This document shows positions 54,866-64,000 of a DNA stretch of 64,000 bases, piece after piece; the stretch's first letter is position 1; every line of letters begins with the position of its first letter. A model generated the notes under the pieces. That model ran no database searches. It worked only from the letters and a program-made list of their open reading frames with translations, and was not told the DNA's origin. Location: the NCBI GenBank assembly GCA_027026255.1, contig JALVOT010000008.1:11619-75618 (forward strand), given 5' to 3'. Position numbers and translations under genes: made by a program. This DNA comes from a candidate division WOR-3 bacterium (GTDB lineage: Bacteria > Hydrothermota > Tepidihabitantia > SM23-42).

Positions 54866-56937
54866 AAAAGGTTCATATTGTTGTCCATAAGAGTATCAGG
54901 GATAACTTTTTACATAAACTTCAGCAGGCGGGAATTGTTCATATTACTGAACTCAGAGAGACAACTCCGGCCCAGCCTCCAGACCTGGCCCGGGTGAATG
55001 AAGCCCTGAGCCAGCTCTCGGTATACAAGAAAAGGGGGGTTTTAGAAACCTTTGTTAAAATAAAAAGACCAATTAAATTTGAAGAGTTTGAGCAGTCGGT
55101 GCGCCAGTACAATTACCAGCAGACCGTTGCTGAATTTGAAAGGATTAAAAAAGAGCGGGAATTGGCCCAGACCCGAATCCATCATCTAAAAGAAAATATT
55201 GCCCTCCTTTATCCCTGGTCTCCGCTGAATTATGAACTTAAACAACTTAAATCATTCAAGCAGACCGAGGCGATTGCGGTCCATATCCCATCAAAAGAGA
55301 AATTTGAGGAAATCTTGCAGGGGCTTGAGCAGGTTTCTTTTTCCTGGGAAGAGGTGAATAGTATCGGTTCCTCTTTATATGTAATTTTCTTTGTCCGCAC
55401 CGAGGACGGGCCAGGACTGCGCACCTACCTTATTGAAAAGGGGAGCGAGATCATTGATTTTAAAGATCTTTCCGGAATTCCTGGTCAGTTGATTGCTGAG
55501 TTTGAAAAGGAGAGTGAGGTATTAAAAAAGAAGATAGAAGAACTGCAGAAAAAGGAGGCGGAACTCTTTAAAGAGGTTTCAAAACTGGAACTGGTAAGTG
55601 ACCTGATTGCCAATGAGCATAAAAAGGATGAAATAAGTCAGTCCCTGCCTGAGACTTCAAGTACGATAAATATTATCGGCTGGATTAAGAAGAAGGACAG
55701 GCCGGTTCTTGAAGAACTCTTAAGAAAGGCAGAACTTGCAGTCTATGAAAGGCTTGAGCCAGAACCGGATGAACGGCCACCAATTGCCCTGACAAATTCT
55801 GCCTGGGCAAGACCCTATGAGATGCTTATAAAATTATACAGTATGCCCTCACCGGATGAGTATGATCCCACCCCGTTTGTTGCAATCTTCTTTCCACTAT
55901 TTTTTGCGCTCTGCCTTACAGATGCAGTATATGGTATAATCCTGATCGGACTTTCTCTCTATCTGCTGCATCGGGTTGCTGGAGACCGCAGTCTTATCTG
56001 GATCCTCCTGATCGGTGGTGTGGTAACAATCTTCACCGGCAGTATAACCGGTGGTTGGGCAGGGGATCTCTTTGATAAGATTGCATTCAAGCCTCTGGTC
56101 GATTTTAAACATTCCCTTACCCTATTTAATCCCCTTGAGAATCCAATGATCTTTTTGGCACTGGCACTGGGGCTTGGTTTTATCCATCTTCTTTTAGGTC
56201 TGGGTATTGAGATTTTTGATTCGGTACGAAACAAGGCATATGGCCATGCAATATTTGGCAATCTTACCTGGTTCATATTTCTCCCCTGTTTGATTCTCTA
56301 TTTCACGGTTTTCAAATCTATGCCCCAGACAAAGGCGCTGCTTGAGATTGTGATGTGGCTGTGCATTGTGGGCATAATTGTCTTCTCATATCAGGAAAGC
56401 CCGGCGTCATTGCCGGACCAGTTAATCTGGTCAGTAATTATCTTTCTCTTCTGGGTTGGTATAACCCAGCTTATTATGGGCAAGTTCTTCAATTTCCATT
56501 ATCAGATTCAGATACCAAAGTTTGCCTATCTTTTGATAATCCCGGCACTTTTAATTGAGATTTTCCGGCGCAAGAATGCAAAAAAGGTTCTTGTCAAAAT
56601 CGCCTGGGGGTTTTACACCCTTTATGGGATTTCAACATTTCTCAGTGTTGTGCTTTCCTATGTGCGGCTTATGGCATTGGGAATGGTGACCGGTGTTATT
56701 GCAATGGCGATTAATGTCATAGCCTGGATGCTAATCAAGATTCCTTTTGTCGGGGTTGTGGTGACAATTTTAATCCTGATTGGAGGACATATCTTCAATA
56801 TGGTTATCAATAGTCTGGGTGGATTTATTCATACTATGAGGCTGCAGTATATTGAGTTTTTTGGTCGATTTTATACCGGTGGAAGCAGGCCATTCCGGCC
56901 GTTCGGTTATGAAACAAAATATGTGGAATTTGAATAG
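54847..56937 (+). CDS. atpI: V/A-type ATPase subunit I (a-subunit)
   Basis: 696-aa ORF with a soluble N-terminal half followed by a polytopic C-terminal half (LSYVRLMALG...GGFIHTMRLQYIEFF). Confidence 0.85.
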   Translation: MAIIPVEKVHIVVHKSIRDNFLHKLQQAGIVHITELRETTPAQPPDLARVNEALSQLSVYKKRGVLETFVKIKRPIKFEEFEQSVRQYNYQQTVAEFERIKKERELAQTRIHHLKENIALLYPWSPLNYELKQLKSFKQTEAIAVHIPSKEKFEEILQGLEQVSFSWEEVNSIGSSLYVIFFVRTEDGPGLRTYLIEKGSEIIDFKDLSGIPGQLIAEFEKESEVLKKKIEELQKKEAELFKEVSKLELVSDLIANEHKKDEISQSLPETSSTINIIGWIKKKDRPVLEELLRKAELAVYERLEPEPDERPPIALTNSAWARPYEMLIKLYSMPSPDEYDPTPFVAIFFPLFFALCLTDAVYGIILIGLSLYLLHRVAGDRSLIWILLIGGVVTIFTGSITGGWAGDLFDKIAFKPLVDFKHSLTLFNPLENPMIFLALALGLGFIHLLLGLGIEIFDSVRNKAYGHAIFGNLTWFIFLPCLILYFTVFKSMPQTKALLEIVMWLCIVGIIVFSYQESPASLPDQLIWSVIIFLFWVGITQLIMGKFFNFHYQIQIPKFAYLLIIPALLIEIFRRKNAKKVLVKIAWGFYTLYGISTFLSVVLSYVRLMALGMVTGVIAMAINVIAWMLIKIPFVGVVVTILILIGGHIFNMVINSLGGFIHTMRLQYIEFFGRFYTGGSRPFRPFGYETKYVEFE

Positions 56938-56966
56938 GCAGGATACCTTTAATAATGGCAAATTAA

Positions 56967-57458
<492 letters not shown>

Positions 57459-57459
57459 T

Positions 57460-58020
57460 ATGACTACGCAAAAGGTAACCGACAAGATTATTGAAGACGC
57501 AAAGAAAGAGGCGAAGAGGATACTTGATCAATATAAGAAAGAGGCCGAAAAGATGAAAAAGGAATATACTGAACAGATTGAAAAGAAGAAGGCGCGGATT
57601 CAAAAGGAACTTGAGACGCTGAAAAAGACGGAAATTATGAAGGCGGTGGCACAGAAGCGATTGGAATTCAAAAAAGAACTTATTAGTGAAAAGCAGAGGT
57701 TGATTAGAGAAGTACTTGACCAGGGATTGGAGCAGATTCCCCGGCATAAGAAATATCTTAAATTTCTCAAGGAATTGATCAAAAAGGGTGAGGAATCAGA
57801 TGGTGAATTGTTTCTCAGTTCCCGGGATAAGAAGGCATATGCTACACAATTGGAGAAGTTTCTAAAGGAGCAGGGTCGTAACTATGTAATCAAGACTGAT
57901 AAGATCGGCGGCGGTGTGGTTATAAAAAAGGGAAAGAAAACCTATCTTGGTTCCCTGGATATTATTACTGAATTGCTTAAGAATGAACTTAGCATTGAGA
58001 TTGCAAAGGTTCTATTTTAA
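57460..58020 (+). CDS. atpE: V/A-type ATPase subunit E
   Basis: 186-aa ORF with an N-terminal Lys/Glu coiled coil and a globular C-terminus. Confidence 0.75.
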   Translation: MTTQKVTDKIIEDAKKEAKRILDQYKKEAEKMKKEYTEQIEKKKARIQKELETLKKTEIMKAVAQKRLEFKKELISEKQRLIREVLDQGLEQIPRHKKYLKFLKELIKKGEESDGELFLSSRDKKAYATQLEKFLKEQGRNYVIKTDKIGGGVVIKKGKKTYLGSLDIITELLKNELSIEIAKVLF

Positions 58021-58031
58021 GGGGGTAGTAT

Positions 58032-60068
58032 ATGGCTGATAATGTGTTAAAAAATATTGGAATCTTTGGCCATGCCGGAAGTGGTAAGACAACCATTTCT
58101 GATGCTTTACTATATCGGTGCGGAGCAAATACAAGATTTGGTAAGGTGAGTGATAAGACATCGGTCTTTGACACGGATCCTGAAGAACAGGAAAGGGGCT
58201 TCAGCCTCAGCCTTGCCGTAGCAACATTTGAGCATAAGAATAATCTTATTAACTTGATTGATACACCAGGTTATTCGGATTTTATCGGGGATGCATATAG
58301 TGGCCTTGAGGCGGTCGACTGCGCAGTTCTTGTGATCGATGCCTCAGCCGGGGTTGAGGCAGGAACCGAAAGGTTGCTCAGCGAAATTGAAAAGAAGAAG
58401 AAACCGATGGTGGTTTTTATAAACAAATTGAAAAAAGAGAATACCGATTATTACAAGCTGATTGATGCTATCGGAGAGAGCACAAAAAGGAGTGTCGTTC
58501 CTTTGACCATCCCCATCGGCAGTGCGAATCAATTCAAGGGTGTGGTTGATGTCTTAAAAAATAAGGCATATGGTCAGGATGATAAAGAAGAAAAGGTCCC
58601 GGATGAACTGAAGGATATGGTTGATAAATATCAGGAGAAGATAATTGAAGCGGCTGCAGATGTTGATGAAGAACTGATGAATAAATATGTTGAAGGTGAA
58701 AAGATTGAACTTTCTGATTGTCTTGAGTCGTTGAAGAAGGGTATTATGGATTGTAAGGTAAGCCTCTGCCTGGCGGGTGAGGCGTTGGACCTTATCGGTA
58801 TCGCGGGCCTTATTGATGTAATCATAGATTTTCTGCCTGAGGCCAATCTTTTCCCTCCAATTGAGATTGACGGTAAGAAGATTGAAAGAAAAGATGATGC
58901 GCCATTCCTCGGTTATGTTTTTAAGACGATGGTTGAACCCCATCTTGGTGAAATCTGTTATCTCAGGGTCTTGAGTGGTCGAGTCAAGACCGGGACGGTG
59001 GTAAAGAATACTACTAAATCAGTTGATGAAAAGGTGAATCAGATATTACTCTTAAAGGGTAAGGAAAAGAAAGAGACCAATCAGTTGAGTGCCGGTATGA
59101 TTGGAGGTCTGGTGAAATTGAAGGACACCCATACCAGCGACACCTTGAGTAGTCAATCCGACCTTGTGCTGCCACCCATTCAATTTCCCGCACCATCAAT
59201 ATCAATGGCTGTCGTGCCAAAGGCAAAAGGCGATGAAGAGAAGATTTCTAACGGTCTAACCAGGCTCCGGGATGAGGACCCGACCTTTGCCTTTAATTAT
59301 GACCCGGAGATCAAACAATTGATAATCTCGGGGATCGGTGAACTGCATCTTGATGTGATTCTTGCGCGGTTAAAAAGAAAGTATGGGGTGAGTGTTGATC
59401 TGGTAAAACCGAGAATAAAATATCGGGAGACATTTACCAAAAAGGTCGAGGCACAGGGTAAGTATAAAAAACAGACCGGCGGCCATGGTCAGTATGGAGA
59501 CTGCTGGCTCAGGGTTGAACCGTTACCCCGGGGTTCAGGATATGAATTTGTGAATGAGATTGTGGGTGGTGCAATACCATCCAGATTTATTCCTTCAGTG
59601 GAAAAAGGTGTGAAGGAGTCACTGGAACAGGGCTTTATTGCCGGATATCCGGTCACTGATATAAAGGTTACTGTGTTTGATGGGTCATACCATTCAGTGG
59701 ATTCTTCTGATATCGCCTTCAAGATTGCCGCATCAATGGCGATGAAGACAAACGCCCAGAAGGGCAATATGGTTCTTTTAGAACCGATTAATGAGGTTGA
59801 AGTATATGTGCCTGAGGCGTTTATGGGTGATGTGATTGGTGATCTGAATAGTAGAAGGGGTAAGATTATGGGGATGGAGGCGATTGGAAAGATTCAATTA
59901 ATAAAGGCGCTGGTTCCTGAAGGCGAGATGTATAAATATTCAACCAGCCTCCGTTCGATGACTCAGGGAAGGGGATACTTTAATATGAAGTTTCATCATT
60001 ATGAGGAGGTTCCCAGGGAGATAACCCAGAAGATAATCGAACAGTCGAAAAAAGAAAAACAGGAATAG
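58032..60068 (+). CDS. elongation factor G paralogue (EF-G-like GTPase) with atypical G4 motif NKLK
   Basis: 678-aa ORF. G1 is GHAGSGKT and G3 is DTPG. Domains II-V are recognisable (e.g. GELHLDVI, GGHGQYGDC). Confidence 0.85.
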   Translation: MADNVLKNIGIFGHAGSGKTTISDALLYRCGANTRFGKVSDKTSVFDTDPEEQERGFSLSLAVATFEHKNNLINLIDTPGYSDFIGDAYSGLEAVDCAVLVIDASAGVEAGTERLLSEIEKKKKPMVVFINKLKKENTDYYKLIDAIGESTKRSVVPLTIPIGSANQFKGVVDVLKNKAYGQDDKEEKVPDELKDMVDKYQEKIIEAAADVDEELMNKYVEGEKIELSDCLESLKKGIMDCKVSLCLAGEALDLIGIAGLIDVIIDFLPEANLFPPIEIDGKKIERKDDAPFLGYVFKTMVEPHLGEICYLRVLSGRVKTGTVVKNTTKSVDEKVNQILLLKGKEKKETNQLSAGMIGGLVKLKDTHTSDTLSSQSDLVLPPIQFPAPSISMAVVPKAKGDEEKISNGLTRLRDEDPTFAFNYDPEIKQLIISGIGELHLDVILARLKRKYGVSVDLVKPRIKYRETFTKKVEAQGKYKKQTGGHGQYGDCWLRVEPLPRGSGYEFVNEIVGGAIPSRFIPSVEKGVKESLEQGFIAGYPVTDIKVTVFDGSYHSVDSSDIAFKIAASMAMKTNAQKGNMVLLEPINEVEVYVPEAFMGDVIGDLNSRRGKIMGMEAIGKIQLIKALVPEGEMYKYSTSLRSMTQGRGYFNMKFHHYEEVPREITQKIIEQSKKEKQE

Positions 60069-60827
60069 ATGCACCCAATCCTCTTCAGGTTAGATGGATT
60101 TGCAGTTCCTTCTTACGGGGTGATGCTTGTTATCTCTTTCCTGTTTGCAATCTGGTTTACCAAAAAGAAGGCAAAGGCGTTCGGCATATCTACGGTGGTT
60201 ATTGAGAATCTTGCATTCTATCTTATGCTCGGTGTGATTGTTGGCGGTCGTGTATTATATGTGGTATTCCACTGGTCCCAGTATAGTGATGATATCATCG
60301 GTATCTTCCGGATATGGGAAGGCGGGATGATGTTTTTTGGTGGACTTATCGGCGGGTTTCTTGCCGGTACATTGTACCTTAAATCGATAAAGATTCCAAT
60401 TCTTCATATGACCGATATTGTGGCGCCGGCACTGGGTCTCGGTCAATTCTTTACCCGGATTGGATGTTTTTTGAATGGATGCTGTTTTGGTTTACCCACA
60501 AACCTTCCCTGGGCAGTAAAATTCCCCGCTTCCTGTGCAGCCGGTGCCTCACCGCTTGGTGGAAAATATATTCATCCCACCCAGCTCTACGCATCTCTAT
60601 TCGGACTTGTTCTGTTTTTATTTTTAAACAAAAGGTTGAATCGAAAACATTTTCCGGGTGAGGTATTTTCCCTCTATCTGATATTCTATGGTGGATTCAG
60701 GTTTGGTGTAGATTTTGTCCGCTATTATGAAAATTCCGCCAATTACTGGATTAATCAGGTCATCGCCTTAGGGCTGGTGGGAATCGGCATTATAATATAT
60801 TTTTGGAGGAGAAAAGACGCAAGTTAG
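60069..60827 (+). CDS. lgt: prolipoprotein diacylglyceryl transferase
   Basis: 252-aa polytopic ORF with the GGRLGN-like motif GGRVLYV and HPTQLY. Confidence 0.85.
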   Translation: MHPILFRLDGFAVPSYGVMLVISFLFAIWFTKKKAKAFGISTVVIENLAFYLMLGVIVGGRVLYVVFHWSQYSDDIIGIFRIWEGGMMFFGGLIGGFLAGTLYLKSIKIPILHMTDIVAPALGLGQFFTRIGCFLNGCCFGLPTNLPWAVKFPASCAAGASPLGGKYIHPTQLYASLFGLVLFLFLNKRLNRKHFPGEVFSLYLIFYGGFRFGVDFVRYYENSANYWINQVIALGLVGIGIIIYFWRRKDAS

Positions 60828-60836
60828 AAATATGTA

Positions 60837-61544
60837 ATGTTTAAAATCGGGTCATTCTTTTCACCCCTTTTAGATTTTATCCTGCCCCGCACCTGCATCA
60901 TCTGTAATGAACAGATTAATCAGGGTTTGCTTTGCGACAACTGTATCAACTATCTGCCTTCAATACGCAATCCACTGTGTAAGAGATGCGGTCGTCCCAT
61001 AAAAAAGGGGGGATTATGCCGCTATTGCAAAGGTGGCTCAATGGTTGAACACGGCAGGGCCTGGTCGATTTATATGCCCCCGGTAGATAAAATTGTTCAC
61101 TATTTCAAATATAGAAGGCAGACAAGTCTTGCTCGATTGATTGGTCTGGGAATGTCAAATGTCATCAAGGCGGATAACATCCTGAATAAGGCCGATTATA
61201 TAATACCGGTGCCGCTTTTCTGGTTTAAGCGATTAAAAAGGGGCTATAATCAGGCTCGGTTATTAACCGAGATAATCAGTAGTGAATGTCATATACAAAG
61301 TATTAATGCCCTTTCCCGGATAAAGAATACCCGTTCTCAGACAAGACTTGACCCGGAATTGAGAAAAAGGAATGTCCGTAATGCATTTGTATTAAAGGAT
61401 AGAAGAATAGAAAATAAAAATGTTCTCCTTGTAGATGATGTTCTTACTACGGGCGCTACAATAAATGAGTGCGCCCGGGTATTAAAATCCGGAGGTGCAC
61501 AGAATATTTATTCCTGTGTTGCGGCGATCACTCTTATTGAATAA
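60837..61544 (+). CDS. ComF-family protein (zinc-finger N-terminus + phosphoribosyltransferase domain)
   Basis: CxxC pairs at the N-terminus and the PRPP-binding loop VLLVDDVLTTGAT. Confidence 0.8.
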   Translation: MFKIGSFFSPLLDFILPRTCIICNEQINQGLLCDNCINYLPSIRNPLCKRCGRPIKKGGLCRYCKGGSMVEHGRAWSIYMPPVDKIVHYFKYRRQTSLARLIGLGMSNVIKADNILNKADYIIPVPLFWFKRLKRGYNQARLLTEIISSECHIQSINALSRIKNTRSQTRLDPELRKRNVRNAFVLKDRRIENKNVLLVDDVLTTGATINECARVLKSGGAQNIYSCVAAITLIE

Positions 61545-61566
61545 ATCTCTCTTTATACATAATCTT

Positions 61567-62160
61567 AGGTTGTTGCGCATCGCGGTCCGTCTTATCTTAC
61601 AGCGTCGTTATTCGTAATTTTAATGTTTTTACGGTTGCAGCCGATTAACTACAATGTATAACCAGACGGGCATCGATACCGTATAACGTATAACGATTTT
61701 GTATCAAACAAACCAGAAAAAAACGCTTCGCTGTACAAAACGCACTGCGCGCTGTAAAATAAGTAAGCCCAGGGGCGTTTCACCCTGACCCGCCGGGCGA
61801 AGACGCCCGGCAAGCTTTCTTTGTAGCCTGATTGCCCTTCTTCCAGTTGAAGGGCGTCCCGCCCCGAGGCTGGCGGCGGGGACGCCGCCAGCGCTGTAAA
61901 ATGTAGGACGACCTGCAGGCTGAAAAGAGTAAGCATAGAGGCATTCCGCCCCGAGAAACCGCAGGTCGGGATGTTACGCACGAGACAAACCAAATAAACG
62001 AAAATGCAGATCGTTGTAAGTTGTTGGGCATCGAAGCCCGTTTCGTCTTACGGCATCGTTTTTCGTAGAAGAAATCGATCCATGATGCACGATCTATGAG
62101 GAAATGAGGGCTTCGTCTGGAAGTTAGGGCTTCGCCCTGGAAGTTCTTCGCTGGCGCGAA
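61567..62160. repeat. GC-rich non-coding cluster of palindromic and direct repeats
   Basis: ~50-nt imperfect direct repeats at 61567-61620 and 62018-62070. GC hairpins GCCGGGCG-AAGA-CGCCCGGC and GGCGTCCCGCC...GGCGGGGACGCC. A tandem GGGCTTCG.CTGGAAGTT x2. It shares a ~55-nt segment with 50693-50750. Confidence 0.65.
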
Positions 62161-62199
62161 TGGAATTTTAAATTAAAGGCACCAAACAAACCAAAATGC

Positions 62200-62227
62200 T
62201 TGACATCCCTATGGATTTGATTATACT
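62200..62227 (+). promoter_or_regulatory. sigma70-type promoter with a long 5' UTR (cold-shock gene)
   Basis: TTGACA (62200-62205), 16 nt, TATACT (62222-62227), with an ~80-nt leader to ATG 62310. Confidence 0.55.
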
Positions 62228-62309
62228 CTAATTAAAAGTAGGCCAATAGATTTATTTAATGAGACACCCGATGTTACTCATTAATGAACAACGGCCTGAA
62301 AGGAATAAA

Positions 62310-62513
62310 ATGTTATACGGAAATGTTAAATGGTTTAATAGCCGTAAGGGTTATGGCTTTATCGAAAGGGAGGATGGCAAGGGTGATATTTTTGTCCATT
62401 ATGATGATATTGCAGGTGAAGGATATCGGACACTTCAGGCCGGTGAAAGAGTTAAATTCGAAATAGCCACCACCCCGAAGGGTGAAAAAGCGATAAATGT
62501 CCAGCGTGCATAA
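62310..62513 (+). CDS. cold-shock domain protein (CspA family)
   Basis: MLYGNVKWFNSRKGYGFIE...DIFVHY carries the RNP1/RNP2 motifs. ATG 62310 is preferred over the longer track ORF. Confidence 0.9.
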   Translation: MLYGNVKWFNSRKGYGFIEREDGKGDIFVHYDDIAGEGYRTLQAGERVKFEIATTPKGEKAINVQRA

Positions 62514-62534
62514 AGTGCATAAAAAGGAGGCGTA

Positions 62535-62969
62535 ATGGCGCAGGCAAAAAAGGGCGATACCGTAAAGATTCATTACACCGGTAAATTAAATGATGGTAGT
62601 GTATTTGACTCTTCGCTGAATCGTGAGCCCCTGGAATTTACTATTGGTGAAGGTAAGATAATCCCTGGTATTGAGCAGGGTGTCATCGGTATGATACCGG
62701 GAGAATCAAAGACGATTAATGTCTTACCTGACCAGGCATATGGACCGCATCGACCGGAACTCGTTGCCACTATTGAAAAGAAAGAGTTTCCTGAAAATAT
62801 GCTTCTTCAGGAAGGAAAGATACTACAGTTCAGTCAACCTGCAGGGCAGGTATTCAGGGCGAAGATTACCAGAGTTACAGAGACTGATGTTACACTTGAC
62901 GCCAATCATCCATTGGCGGGAAAGGATTTAATATTTGATATCGAACTCTTAGAGATCAGCGGTAAATAA
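62535..62969 (+). CDS. FKBP-type peptidyl-prolyl cis-trans isomerase (SlyD-like short form)
   Basis: VKIHYTGKLNDGSVFDSS...PLEFTIGEG..IPG.E motifs. Confidence 0.85.
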   Translation: MAQAKKGDTVKIHYTGKLNDGSVFDSSLNREPLEFTIGEGKIIPGIEQGVIGMIPGESKTINVLPDQAYGPHRPELVATIEKKEFPENMLLQEGKILQFSQPAGQVFRAKITRVTETDVTLDANHPLAGKDLIFDIELLEISGK

Positions 62970-63015
62970 ATGTAATGTAATAATGTAATTTTTGAAGATT
63001 TTTTAAGGAGGAGAC

Positions 63016-63828
63016 ATGGATGCAAAAACCCATGAGGCGATTGCCATTGCTACATTCCAGAATATGCCTGAGACTTTTAAAAAGGGTCCTCTGGGCCAGG
63101 CGTTATTAAGGCTTCAGCCCGAGGAATGGCAGCTCTATACGGTGCTGCCTGACCGGGTGGATGGTGATAATATCGTGTATGGGTATTTTCATTCTCATAA
63201 GTTTGAGTTCGATGAGGAGAAATTAGAACCTGTGACTATCGTCATTAAAGGTGATGAAAGGCCAAAATATTTAAAGGGTTCAGCACATCCGGTGATTCTG
63301 TCTTATTATATTATGATAAGAAATCGTCAAAAGGAGCAGGATTTCCTTGAGGTTCGTCAACTCGGTGCAAGGATATCTCATTATATCATTGACGGGATGA
63401 CCACCATCTGGCATCTCTGGCACGGCAAACTTTCTGATCGGGTTCATCAGAGGTCCGAAAAACAGATTGGCGACCGCATAGATTGTCTTTTGAAAAAAAC
63501 AAAAGATGTAAAGCCGGAAAAATTTATCCAGAAAAATATGTTTCGTGAAATTGCCCGCCGAACGGAAAGATTCTACAATAAATGGATTAAATTTGCGGTT
63601 AAGACGGCACTTTCAAATAAGAATATTGCAGAACAGCCTGAAATTATTGATATGATTCAGGATATCAAGAGAAATCTTGCCACTATGTGGCATTTTATCG
63701 ATCTCCATATGACGAAAGATGCAAAGATTGCGCGCCTGGCAAAAAACTATGGAATTCCTGTTTCCAACCCGATTCCGAAAAAGGTTTTTAAGAAGATGAA
63801 AAGCCGGGAAAAAAAATTGTATCAATAA
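63016..63828 (+). CDS. hypothetical protein
   Basis: 270-aa ORF with a GGAGG RBS. No motif recognised. Confidence 0.55.
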   Translation: MDAKTHEAIAIATFQNMPETFKKGPLGQALLRLQPEEWQLYTVLPDRVDGDNIVYGYFHSHKFEFDEEKLEPVTIVIKGDERPKYLKGSAHPVILSYYIMIRNRQKEQDFLEVRQLGARISHYIIDGMTTIWHLWHGKLSDRVHQRSEKQIGDRIDCLLKKTKDVKPEKFIQKNMFREIARRTERFYNKWIKFAVKTALSNKNIAEQPEIIDMIQDIKRNLATMWHFIDLHMTKDAKIARLAKNYGIPVSNPIPKKVFKKMKSREKKLYQ

Positions 63829-64000
63829 ACAGAAGTTTTTAGCCCTAAGTCTATTAAAAATATTAATTAACTTTTGTCTTTTCTGAAAAAATATTTACAA
63901 TAAATCTTCACCAATCATAAATTCAGAGGCCTTTTCTGGTTTCAGGAAGTCTTATTAATCTATTCAGGGAAGACTCTTATTTATATCCAAACCAATGATA

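Noticed and set aside
61649-62031. Minus-strand ORFs of 114 and 83 aa inside the GC-rich region
   Set aside because: They are Arg/Pro/Gly-rich translations of palindromic GC repeats, with no RBS and no coding-like periodicity. They overlap each other in different frames.

Overview
This is a 64-kb AT-rich, densely coding bacterial chromosomal window. I saw no rRNA gene and no CRISPR array. The gene content suggests a Gram-negative of the FCB-group or candidate-phylum type (inference only): LptFG, OmpA-type and TonB-dependent outer-membrane proteins, a BNR/sialidase-like protein ending in a T9SS-type C-terminal sorting domain, V/A-type ATPase, GH57, archease, and an sn-glycerol-1-phosphate dehydrogenase homologue. 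Layout from left to right: (1) 1-9.6 kb is a Wzx/Wzy-type polysaccharide locus with a GT2, a Wzz-like protein, a Wzy-like protein, Wzx and three GT1/GT4 glycosyltransferases. It also holds an edge-truncated minus-strand gene that is missing from the ORF track. (2) 9.7-18 kb is a housekeeping block: egsA-like dehydrogenase, mglB-mglA, a zinc-ribbon ORF, dnaE, trxA, a TlpA-like redoxin and OsmC. (3) 18.3-28.6 kb is an accessory region with every gene on the minus strand. It carries a methyltransferase, an OmpA-like protein, a nucleotidyltransferase plus a small ORF, an ArsB/NhaD-type transporter, a split permease plus cupin, a Gly-rich membrane protein, an FRG-domain gene broken by one in-frame TAG, and a radical-SAM/SPASM operon with a 59-aa Cys-tailed peptide. 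The modules from 18.3 to 25.1 kb are separated by repeated, structured junctions. (4) 28.7-36 kb holds a cobalamin riboswitch with a btuB-like receptor, a 187-bp element with perfect 26-bp inverted repeats, an ECF sigma/anti-sigma pair, the BNR/T9SS protein, and an MntA/HepT toxin-antitoxin pair. (5) 36-47 kb holds an outer-membrane protein, archease, a translationally coupled four-gene membrane operon, GH57, a TPR protein, tRNA-Arg(CCT), lptF/lptG, two hypotheticals and tRNA-Gly(CCC). (6) 47.2-50.6 kb is a small island with a decayed tyrosine-recombinase gene and a NERD-like/SF1 helicase with a 218-aa partner. This pair is a candidate Helicase-DUF2290-type defence system, and it is bounded by the same repeat families seen in region 3. 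(7) 50.9-64 kb holds dTDP-rhamnose genes, the membrane/stator half of a V-type ATPase operon, an EF-G paralogue, lgt, a comF-like gene, a GC-rich palindromic repeat cluster, a cold-shock protein, an FKBP PPIase and a hypothetical. The most interesting items are the cassette-array-like organisation with attC-like junctions, the radical-SAM/SPASM peptide operon, the two-copy structured element at 19.3 and 50.4 kb, and a recurrent leaderless promoter geometry. All functional calls come from motif recognition by eye; no database search was possible.
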